Of a stretch of DNA of 64,000 nucleotides, positions 17,901-25,098 are shown piece after piece; the first letter of the stretch is position 1, and every line of letters starts with the position of its first letter. Source of the DNA: Candidatus Omnitrophota bacterium (GTDB lineage Bacteria; Omnitrophota; Gorgyraeia; Zapsychrales; Zapsychraceae); the NCBI GenBank assembly GCA_015233405.1, contig JADFXT010000001.1, forward strand, positions 18,238-82,237, written 5' to 3'. The notes below the pieces were generated by a model that ran no database searches, was not told the DNA's origin, and saw only the letters and a program-made list of their open reading frames with translations. The position numbers and the translations under genes are program-made.

Positions 17901-19825
17901 TATTGATGCGCCATTTAATCGGAATTTTATCCCGTGATTCTTTAATCGGGCGTGAAGCCATAAAAAGCTTTCTTTCTGATTTTTATCTTAAGTTTGTCCG
18001 GGAAATCAACAAATTACATGAACAGCCGGATTCCGTGCGTTTTAAATCCGTGGAAAAAGCCACGCCGGAGGATTTGTATAAGATCATCGTCTTTGGCGAG
18101 GATGAAGTTTACACGTCGACGTTTAACGGGCTTTTTACCCGGATGATAGAACGTATGAAAGCCCAGGGCATTTCCGGCGAGTCCGGCGAGGAGCTTTTAA
18201 ATTCTGCTGGCCGTTATAAAGTCCGGCCTTTCTTTAGATTGATGGCGAGTTTTAATCGGCTCAATGAATTTCTGGCGACCATGAGCCCTAAGGAGCAGGA
18301 CAATCTTATCGCATATGTTGTGCAGAGTATTGAGAAAGAAAAATATTTCTTAAAAGAAGCTGCTGTTGTGGCGGATATTTTTAGTGTGGTCAAAGACCCG
18401 AAGGTCCTTAAAAAAATTCAGATATTGATCAAGCAGGAATTCCTGCGCGTTCAAAAAGACAAGAATGAGCAAGGCATGGTTCTCTACGGATTGTTAAACG
18501 GCTTGTTTGGTGCTCGGGCTGTTATTGATGGACAATGGTTTAAAGATATGGCGAATCAATTTGGGCTTCCGGATATTTCTGTCTTGTCCCAAAAAACACT
18601 TTTTAATCAGCGGTATCAGAATATTCAACGGCATTTCTTTTATGATGATGAGGACGGTAAGTTATCTTTTGCGGATTTTCTGCAGACTTATCAGAACGAT
18701 TCCAGGAATTGGGAAATCAAAACCTTTCCGACCTATGTCCAGGTTACGTCCAAACACGGGTTTCCGATCGTTATGTATGCCAACCTTCCTGACAGCGTCG
18801 AGAATGGAAATGCCGCTATTGAGGGTGAGTTGTTAATGAAAGGAAACAAACCCCAGGTGATCGTTCATCATGGGCATAGTTATCACGTCGATAAAACCAT
18901 AGAGAAGATCGATTCCGCGGTGACGTTCGTTTATCTGGGCAGTTGTGGTGGATTCGGCCATGTGAGTGAGATTCTTAATTTGTCTCCCAATGCACAAATT
19001 TTTTCCACGAAAGGGACGGGAACGGCCGTTGTCAACGGGCCTTTATTTAAAATAATTAATGACGAGATCCGGCAAAAAGGGATGGTAGATTGGCGAAGTT
19101 TGTGGGTCAAGGCTGAACACAAATTGGGTAATGTTTCGGAATTGCGCAACTACATGTCGCCGGACCGGAACTTAAGCGTCCTATTTTTAAAAGCCTACAA
19201 CAAGAAATTGGAAGAGTTGAAGAATAAATCTTCCATGCCAGCGGATACGCTGCAGCATTCGTCTGTGAACAATCCGGATAGACAGTGGTTTGAAAGAATA
19301 CAACAAAGACGTAATGAATTGAACGCGTCTCTGCAAAATGTTTTGGCAACTAATGGTGATGTCCTGGTCGGACAAGCACGGGAACGTATTTTAAGCAAAG
19401 AGGACGCTCAGCGCCTTAAGAAGGCCCAGCGTCAAGTGGATTACATTCTGGCGGAGCAAGTTGAGCTTAACAGGCTTTTGACTGAGGCACGAAATAATAT
19501 CATTCAACAAAGACAAGCGCCACAGCAGGAAGAAAATCAATTTATGTATGCTTTGGCCCGTCGGGTTTCTCAAGAAGCCGGGAATAATGTTTTTGCTTTA
19601 GAGCACACAGATGCCGCTATGATTACACAAAAAACTCCGGGTGGGATTGATCTTAATCCGCAAAAGATGAATCTTGATATTCAAGGCAAAGGCGAGGATT
19701 TTACAATCCCAGACGGATTTGAGTATCTTTTAAAGGAAGATATCGCAGGTTTTAGCCCTGTCATTTTTGATATTACTCCGATATCTCCTGATAAAATCAC
19801 AGGAATTTTACAGAATTTTCACTAA
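14975..19825 (+). CDS. Large secreted modular protein 2, paralog of 2986..6684 at both termini with an unrelated central cargo
   Basis: 1616-aa ORF. Signal peptide ..QKSFA|Q. Shared LWVNL..RI.P..FG.T.MGRDLLAQDY.LKQIT, KVWIVP.KAVVYE and IPRKYF.GG blocks, and a C-terminal PGGIDLNP..G..PVI..I.P. Confidence 0.85.
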   Translation: MLQLYRNKRVIRYQKPFIWGLIFFFSLSNIPFPQKSFAQNIPAAVNVLPAAAQAFQPVLIKGIKAYKNNPLKFDFILDKGEALGQNDPARPTGEQGLQLKQEASRLIKYFLASLTVPEEDLWVNLNPKEPNRIVPGKFGETQMGRDLLAQDYLLKQITSALMNPDGETGKKFWERIYREVYAKYGSTDIPVDTLNKVWIVPAKAVVYENPAKDAAQASAFVVEARLKVMLEEEYEALKPSAESRASAPLSSPQSLSGDPGVHNKATAMDSRLRGNDKKGDGNDMKNGRDMKNGSDISSSIIKEIIIPEIEKEVNTSKSFSPLRQVYNSLILATWYKRKLKESILGKVYLNKNKTMGVDIVDKQEKLKIYENYLAAFKKGTCNLIKEEYDPATKEIIPRKYFTGGARMAVDKAMVVTNKLPKGFMKALGVLFLCSSGLFVEETFAQAPVDSQQVSLASQKEHWMSLAKTNYAEVFQHSGEFINEPWAMDVLKAAILATPNGPFYTGSTAAMENFDYYLKYEKGWEFFRWMMQRYPEYGYSYMGLFRDKPYALRVYELLAELDPVGMVDRLTLSEYYGRPVEIESPYEIPENVLKQILAGSSSDRVKLVLAILRLSIPRDEKKWLARLAPDISSGKLTLEEAQIIVKDAKKYFERAVSVYQSQPPEIKAATSWSFFYEIKDFYLGEHLSPLYKSDKKKFMEEIQGLDAYRIYLILESFRGKASSKLESFDAIFPVFLQKVKAEKFSISQASSSAYSLMEFFSDINRNHQGRNLMESLSKEERLAVIQKMSEALNSRELFFYSIDRMKYTITIMSFIDDNLDLFDKNAQDYLKQVRAKLHIVMVDLIKKDIDALAVVDQIRDPELINLVRDMAFQKVKEPRFNSSFLLTFDHYISQPWGQQILLEILTSDPARALNNMDLLKKKYPIDYNNPLIMTFNQIASLKIKQSEKERLALLLDELVNKRLSLEEAQELIKDDFLLMRHLIGILSRDSLIGREAIKSFLSDFYLKFVREINKLHEQPDSVRFKSVEKATPEDLYKIIVFGEDEVYTSTFNGLFTRMIERMKAQGISGESGEELLNSAGRYKVRPFFRLMASFNRLNEFLATMSPKEQDNLIAYVVQSIEKEKYFLKEAAVVADIFSVVKDPKVLKKIQILIKQEFLRVQKDKNEQGMVLYGLLNGLFGARAVIDGQWFKDMANQFGLPDISVLSQKTLFNQRYQNIQRHFFYDDEDGKLSFADFLQTYQNDSRNWEIKTFPTYVQVTSKHGFPIVMYANLPDSVENGNAAIEGELLMKGNKPQVIVHHGHSYHVDKTIEKIDSAVTFVYLGSCGGFGHVSEILNLSPNAQIFSTKGTGTAVVNGPLFKIINDEIRQKGMVDWRSLWVKAEHKLGNVSELRNYMSPDRNLSVLFLKAYNKKLEELKNKSSMPADTLQHSSVNNPDRQWFERIQQRRNELNASLQNVLATNGDVLVGQARERILSKEDAQRLKKAQRQVDYILAEQVELNRLLTEARNNIIQQRQAPQQEENQFMYALARRVSQEAGNNVFALEHTDAAMITQKTPGGIDLNPQKMNLDIQGKGEDFTIPDGFEYLLKEDIAGFSPVIFDITPISPDKITGILQNFH
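15721..15802. repeat. GTCAT...ATGAC palindromic element, copy 5, inserted in-frame in a CDS
   Basis: GTCATCCCCGCAATCTTTAAGCGGGGATCC..GGATTCCCGCCTTCGCGGGAATGAC, translated as SSPQSLSGDP...MDSRLRGND. Confidence 0.92.
15813..15860 (+). repeat. 18-bp tandem repeat (about 2.7 copies) resembling the element's right end
   Basis: ATGGGAATGACATGAAGA / ATGGGCGTGACATGAAGA / ATGGGAGTGATA, encoding GNDMKN-GRDMKN-GSD. Confidence 0.8.
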
Positions 19826-19858
19826 AAATTCATTCTCATCCTCAGCTCGGAATTCGAT

Positions 19859-19887
19859 TTGACTTTCCCTTAAAAACATGTTAAATT
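19859..19887 (+). promoter_or_regulatory. Putative sigma70 promoter for pilus locus 1
   Basis: TTGACT-N17-TAAATT with a TGn extended -10. Confidence 0.45.
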
Positions 19888-20029
19888 TTCTTACTTGTTA
19901 AACTCACCTATTGCATATCAGCTAAAGTTGAAATTCTGTTAGGTAGAAAAAAGTCAGAAAAAAGTGGAATCTGCCAATAGCTGATTCCTAAAGTTCTTTT
20001 AATATAAATAAAAATATGAGGGGTTCTGC

Positions 20030-21712
20030 ATGCAAATAGGACTATCGTTAGTTAAAAACGGGTTAATTTCCCTAGAGCAATTGGATTTGATTTTAGCAGA
20101 GCAGCAAAAAACCCAGGAGCGCATTGGCGATATCGCCATCAGGCTCGGTTTCGTTAACCCTCATCAACTCGCTCCTTTCATCGCCGAGCATTTCAGCCTT
20201 CCTTTCGTAGAACTCAAAAAAAATTATAAAGCCATCAAGCCCGAGATCATTAGCCTGATCCCGGAAGATTTGGCTTATCGTTTTGTCGTCATTCCTCTGG
20301 AGATGGAAAATAATGCCTTGGTCCTCGCCGTCGCGGATCCTTTAAATATTGTCGCCGATGACACGCTCAAATTAAAGACGGGATTGAAGATCAAGCACAA
20401 GGTGGCCTCCGCCGAGGATATTATTGAAGCCATTGATTATTGTTACCATCAACTTCCACGGCTTAAAGAGCATATCAATCATTTTATTGAACTTGAGCCG
20501 CAATCGGCGGTGGAGAAAGATTTTGAGAAATTGCGCATTGAAGCCAATGACCCGCCGGTCGTCAAATATGTCCATCATCTGATCGTCCAGGCCGTTAACA
20601 GCGATGCGAGCGACATCCATATTCAGCCTAAACAAGATAAGGTCCGGTTGTGTTTCCGCGTCGACGGGATTTTGTATGATTTCGATCCGCCGCCGAAGAG
20701 CATGCTCGCGGGCATCATCACGCGTATTAAGATTTTGGCGGGGCTCGATATCGCCGAACGGCGCTTGCCGCAGGATGGACGTTTTAAGATGGTCGTCGGA
20801 GCGGTGGAAATCGATGTGCGAACCTCGTGTTTTCCGACGATTTACGGCGAGAATATTGTTATGAGAATTTTAAATACCTCCAGCCCTTTATTGGGATTGG
20901 AACAGCTAGGATTTTCTCAAGAGGACGTTGTGAAATTCCGGGAATTGATTCACAGACCGTATGGTTTGATCCTCGTCACCGGTCCGACGGGAAGTGGAAA
21001 GACAACAACCCTTTATACCGCTTTAAATGAAATTAAATCCTCGGATAAAAATATGATCACACTTGAGGACCCCGTCGAGTATAGGTTGCCGTTCATTCAG
21101 CAATCCCAGATGAATTCTGTCATAGGATTTGATTTTGCCCGAGGATTACGGTCGGTCTTACGCCAGGACCCGGATGTCATCATGGTCGGAGAAATCCGTG
21201 ACAAAGAAACGGCCGAGATCGCTATTCATGCGTCGTTGACGGGACACTTGGTTTTCTCTACACTGCACACCAATGATGCCACGGGGGCGACGGTGCGCCT
21301 GATCAATATGGGCGTGGAGCCGTTTTTGATCACCTCGTCATTGATCGGCGTTTTGGCCCAGAGGTTGATCCGTTCCATCTGCCATAATTGCCGTAAAGAA
21401 TATTTGGTCAACGAGGAATCGCTGGAGAGATTATCTTTGGATGAAAAGCTGCATAAGTTTTTCAAGGGCCAAGGATGCTCGAATTGTTTAAACAGCGGAT
21501 ATCGAGGACGGTCGGCCATTTTTGAATTGCTTACGGTCAACGATGCGGTCCGTAGCCTGATCCTCAAACGTTCGTCGAGTGAAGAGATCAAGCGTCAGGC
21601 CCAGGCCGACGGAATGAAGACGCTGCGCGAAAGTGGTATTGAGAAAATCAAGATGGGGATAACCACGGTCAGCGAAGTTTTACGTGTCACCCAGGAAGCG
21701 GAGAGCATTTAG
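20030..21712 (+). CDS. pilB: PilB/GspE-family assembly ATPase 1 with an MshEN-like N-terminus
   Basis: ASDIH, RLPQDGR, GPTGSGKTT, LRQDPD..GEIRD, STLHTND and CHNC..CSNC motifs. Confidence 0.92.
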   Translation: MQIGLSLVKNGLISLEQLDLILAEQQKTQERIGDIAIRLGFVNPHQLAPFIAEHFSLPFVELKKNYKAIKPEIISLIPEDLAYRFVVIPLEMENNALVLAVADPLNIVADDTLKLKTGLKIKHKVASAEDIIEAIDYCYHQLPRLKEHINHFIELEPQSAVEKDFEKLRIEANDPPVVKYVHHLIVQAVNSDASDIHIQPKQDKVRLCFRVDGILYDFDPPPKSMLAGIITRIKILAGLDIAERRLPQDGRFKMVVGAVEIDVRTSCFPTIYGENIVMRILNTSSPLLGLEQLGFSQEDVVKFRELIHRPYGLILVTGPTGSGKTTTLYTALNEIKSSDKNMITLEDPVEYRLPFIQQSQMNSVIGFDFARGLRSVLRQDPDVIMVGEIRDKETAEIAIHASLTGHLVFSTLHTNDATGATVRLINMGVEPFLITSSLIGVLAQRLIRSICHNCRKEYLVNEESLERLSLDEKLHKFFKGQGCSNCLNSGYRGRSAIFELLTVNDAVRSLILKRSSSEEIKRQAQADGMKTLRESGIEKIKMGITTVSEVLRVTQEAESI

Positions 21713-21745
21713 TTTTTTGTCATCCACGAATGCTTTTTTGATTTT

Positions 21746-21872
21746 GTCATCCCCGCAATTTTTAGGCGGGGATCCAGGGTAAAAGTTATTTCAGCAAGCA
21801 TCAAAAATTTGAAAAGCATTTATTGGATTCCCAATCATTTCTGGATAAAAAATCAAGGAAGTTGGGAATGAC
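21746..21872. repeat. GTCAT...ATGAC palindromic element, copy 6
   Basis: GTCATCCCCGCAATTTTTAGGCGGGGATCC ... GGATTCCCAA...TTGGGAATGAC; an extra partial left end (GTCATCCACG) lies at 21719. Confidence 0.88.
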
Positions 21873-21960
21873 ATAATGTTTGTGCAAGTGAAACATGGGG
21901 TTTCCCCTCCAACTTGTGGGGAGGGAAAATCGATGTCGAATATAGAGAGGAATTTTTTTG

Positions 21961-23172
21961 ATGGAATTTCAATACGTCGCCCTTGATAAAAACGGCCAAC
22001 ACGTCAGTGCCACCGCAACCGCGGATTCCGTCGCGGCCCTCATTAGCCGTTTAAAAAACAAAGGATTCATTCCTTTGCGCGTTTCCGAAACAAGGCAAGC
22101 AAGCGCGCAGATTTCTAAAATAAAAAAGATTTTTATCCCGCAGATCACATCCAAAGAGCTGGTCGTCTTTACCCGTCAGCTGGCCACGATCCTTAATTCC
22201 GGTGTTCTGTTGACCGACGCTATCATGACGATCGCCGAGGATATGGACAATCAATATTTTTGCGATATCCTCAAAGACGTTTGGACGGATATTAACGGCG
22301 GCAAAACTCTTTCACTAGCTTTATCTAAGTATCCCATTTTTCCGACGACATATACCGCTGTTGTCAAATCCGGTGAAGAGGTCGGGAATCTCGGCAACAC
22401 GCTGATGGGCCTGGCAAAATATCTTGAGGATTCTGAACGCACGAAAGAAAAAATTGTCAACGCCATGCGTTATCCGACATTTCTTTTTCTATTCATGCTT
22501 CTTATTGTGTCGGCCATGGTCATATTTCTTATTCCTAAATTTAGCCGCCTGTTTTCAAATGCGGGAGTCGAACTGCCTTTATTGACGAGGATCGTGGTCG
22601 GTTTTAGCGATTTTTGTCTCAAGAATGCCGCACTCGAGATCCTTGGCATCACAGGTTTAGGGTTTCTGGTCTGGCATCTTTTAAAGAATCCGGAGATCCG
22701 ATATAAATTTGATTACTATATTTTGAAGCTTCCTATCATCGGGAATTTGGCGCTTAAGGCGCTCATTTCCCAATTTTGCCGGACCTTCGGCATTTTGATT
22801 TCCGGCGGCGTCAGCATGGTCGCGGCCTTAGCGGTCTCAAGCGACGTCATGAAAAATTTGTATTTAAATAATATTATCGACCAGGTCAGAGCAAAAGTCA
22901 TTTCCGGAGAGGCTTTAAGCGATGCCATGAAAGCGCATAAAATGATGCCGCGGATCATGGTCAAAATGATCGCTGTCGGCGAGAAATCCGGGAAACTCGA
23001 TGAAATGTTGACCAAGACCTCGGATTATTATGACCGGGACCTGGAATCCGCGCTAGATGGTTTTACGTCTTTGCTCGAGCCGGTCTTTGTGGTCTTGATC
23101 GGCGGGATCGTTCTGATTGTCGCCTTAGCACTTTATTTACCGATCTTTAAATTGTCGGCGACAGCGCACTAA
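21961..23172 (+). CDS. pilC: PilC/GspF inner-membrane platform protein 1
   Basis: FTRQLATILNSGV, GEEVGNL, YP plus TM, GEKSGKLDEML and LLEP..LYLPIF motifs. Confidence 0.93.
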   Translation: MEFQYVALDKNGQHVSATATADSVAALISRLKNKGFIPLRVSETRQASAQISKIKKIFIPQITSKELVVFTRQLATILNSGVLLTDAIMTIAEDMDNQYFCDILKDVWTDINGGKTLSLALSKYPIFPTTYTAVVKSGEEVGNLGNTLMGLAKYLEDSERTKEKIVNAMRYPTFLFLFMLLIVSAMVIFLIPKFSRLFSNAGVELPLLTRIVVGFSDFCLKNAALEILGITGLGFLVWHLLKNPEIRYKFDYYILKLPIIGNLALKALISQFCRTFGILISGGVSMVAALAVSSDVMKNLYLNNIIDQVRAKVISGEALSDAMKAHKMMPRIMVKMIAVGEKSGKLDEMLTKTSDYYDRDLESALDGFTSLLEPVFVVLIGGIVLIVALALYLPIFKLSATAH

Positions 23173-23206
23173 GAAAGTTCACTGTCATGAACGCTGCTTT
23201 GTACTT

Positions 23207-23390
23207 GTCATCCCCGCGAAGGCGGGGATCCAGGATACAGGGTGAACTCCGGCGTGGATAAGGAACAAGCAGATAAAAAAATGACGTCGGGAATGGAATA
23301 TAGCATTGGTTGAGAACGGTAATCTAAAATAGATAGATTTATTTGATAATCTGATTTAATTCTTTGGATCCCCGCCTTCGCGGGGATCAC
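23207..23390. repeat. GTCAT-type palindromic element, copy 7, with a long spacer
   Basis: GTCATCCCCGCGAAGGCGGGGATCC ... GGATCCCCGCCTTCGCGGGGATCAC. Confidence 0.9.
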
Positions 23391-23484
23391 AAGAATGGAA
23401 ATTAAAGGAGGTGATTTTTAAAACAGAATCCCCAATCGTTTTTTTAAGCAAACCAACTGCTCACAAACAAAAAAGGAGAGAGCA

Positions 23485-24000
23485 ATGATGAATAAAAAAG
23501 GTTTTACAATGGTCGAATTACTGGTGGTCTTGTTGATCATCGGTATTTTGGCTGCAGTCGCGGCTCCGCTGTATCTTTCAAACACGGACAAAGCCAAGGT
23601 TTCCGAGGCTGTTGGGGCTATGAGCCTTATTCGCCAAGCGGAAAGAGATTATTATTTATCACATAATTCAACTTATCTTGATGTTGCTTTGGGAAAATTA
23701 TCTGGTTCTCCGGATGATTCGACTGCAGGCAATAGAGGTTTGGGGATTAATGTTGGTGCCGTCCAATATTTTGCAACCGGAGCTTATAGCGTAAGCACTT
23801 CTGGGACGTTTCCTTCAACTGCAGGGCTTACGGCTGTAAATTTTGTGATTACAGCAAATCCTAATGGCATTGCGGATGTGACTGCTGGAGATGGAGCTCG
23901 TAGCTCGTCGCAGGTTCAGAATTATCGTGTCATAATGGACAATAGCGGGAAAGTCTTTTATAGCACAGACAGTGGGACAAATTGGAAAGCTTATAATTAA
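23485..24000 (+). CDS. Type IV (pseudo)pilin, probable major pilin of locus 1
   Basis: KKG|FTMVELLVVLLIIGILAAVAAP class III signal; AAGGAG ribosome-binding site. Confidence 0.9.
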   Translation: MMNKKGFTMVELLVVLLIIGILAAVAAPLYLSNTDKAKVSEAVGAMSLIRQAERDYYLSHNSTYLDVALGKLSGSPDDSTAGNRGLGINVGAVQYFATGAYSVSTSGTFPSTAGLTAVNFVITANPNGIADVTAGDGARSSSQVQNYRVIMDNSGKVFYSTDSGTNWKAYN

Positions 24001-24017
24001 GGATTTTTTATCATTGA

Positions 24018-24208
24018 AAATCCGAAGCACGAATATCGAAATCCGAAACAAATCTTAAATCCCAAGCATCAAACATTTTAGATTTAGAATTTAAGTGGTT
24101 TTGTTTCGGATTTCGATATTCGGATTTCGAGCTTTTTTACTCCTGGATTTCGATATTCGGATTTCGAGTTTTTTTACTCCTGGATTTCGACATTCGAGTT
24201 TCGGATTT
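24018..24208. repeat. GATTTCG/CGAAATC heptamer-rich inverted repeat with a 37-bp tandem triplication of the right arm
   Basis: CGAATATCGAAATCCGAAACAAA (24030-24052) is the exact reverse complement of 24100-24122. Right-arm units start at 24108, 24145 and 24182. Confidence 0.88.
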
Positions 24209-24219
24209 CTTATAAGAAT

Positions 24220-24615
24220 ATGTTAAATCGGTTAAATCATAAAGGTCTTACCTTAATTGAGTGCATGATGTCACTTCTTTTGATAGGCATCGTCGTGGCA
24301 GGAAGCACGTCTTTTTATTTGTATGCCAATAATTATCTAAAATCCGCGACCAATAAAAGAATCGCCATGGAAATGGCAAGCGCCAAAATGGAACAGATCA
24401 AGAATGTCGCTTATGCCAATCTGGCGAATGAAACTGCCACATCGGTGATCATTAACGGAGCCATTACCGGCAGCCAAACTGTGACAGTCTCCGACGTAGA
24501 TGATGACGCTAACGGAACGAATGATTATAAGAAAGTAGAAGTGGCCATTGCCTGGAACCAGCCCGGCGTCACAGGATCTCAGCAAGTTGTTTTGGATACT
24601 TTAATCGCGCCATGA
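24220..24615 (+). CDS. Minor pilin (PilV-like)
   Basis: HKG|LTLIECM prepilin motif. Confidence 0.82.
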   Translation: MLNRLNHKGLTLIECMMSLLLIGIVVAGSTSFYLYANNYLKSATNKRIAMEMASAKMEQIKNVAYANLANETATSVIINGAITGSQTVTVSDVDDDANGTNDYKKVEVAIAWNQPGVTGSQQVVLDTLIAP

Positions 24616-25097
24616 TGAATAAAAAAGGTTTTACGTTAACGGAATTGATCGTCGCGTTGATCGTCAGTATCGTCTTGATGATGACCGTCGGGGCCATTGC
24701 GTCCATCGGAAATGATTCTTACAGCAATTTGATGAAGGAAGCCAACATTTACAACGATGTTTATTTTGGATTGGATTTGATCCAGAGCCTTAGTCATAAA
24801 GCCACGACTATCAGCGTCGATACGGTCAACAAGACGCTCACCATAGACAAACTTGTTTTTAGTGTTTCCAAGAAAAAGATCACCGATACTGTTTCGGATT
24901 TTATTTATACGAACACTTTGACGAATGCTCAGACGATTCTTTTTTCCGGTGTTGGCAATCTTTCGTTTGTTCCGTCTTTAAGCGCGGACGGAAAAATTGT
25001 CACGGCAAGTTTAAGCGGAACGAAAAGTTTTGGAGGAATCAATACGAGTAAGGCTGTGACTTTTAATGTTTCGACGAGTGCTATGAGGAGAAACTAA
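24612..25097 (+). CDS. Minor pilin (PilW-like)
   Basis: KKG|FTLTELIV prepilin motif; overlaps the previous stop codon. Confidence 0.82.
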   Translation: MMNKKGFTLTELIVALIVSIVLMMTVGAIASIGNDSYSNLMKEANIYNDVYFGLDLIQSLSHKATTISVDTVNKTLTIDKLVFSVSKKKITDTVSDFIYTNTLTNAQTILFSGVGNLSFVPSLSADGKIVTASLSGTKSFGGINTSKAVTFNVSTSAMRRN

Positions 25098-25098
25098 C

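Noticed and set aside
23208-23390. 60-aa minus-strand ORF MIPAKAGIQ.., and similar ORFs at 2802-3020, 7452-7781 and 9006-9308
   Set aside because: These are translations of the palindromic repeats or antisense shadows, with no independent coding evidence.
24108-24208. Possible mini CRISPR array (37-bp period)
   Set aside because: The intervening segments are nearly identical rather than unique spacers, no cas genes are present, and the unit is one arm of an inverted repeat.
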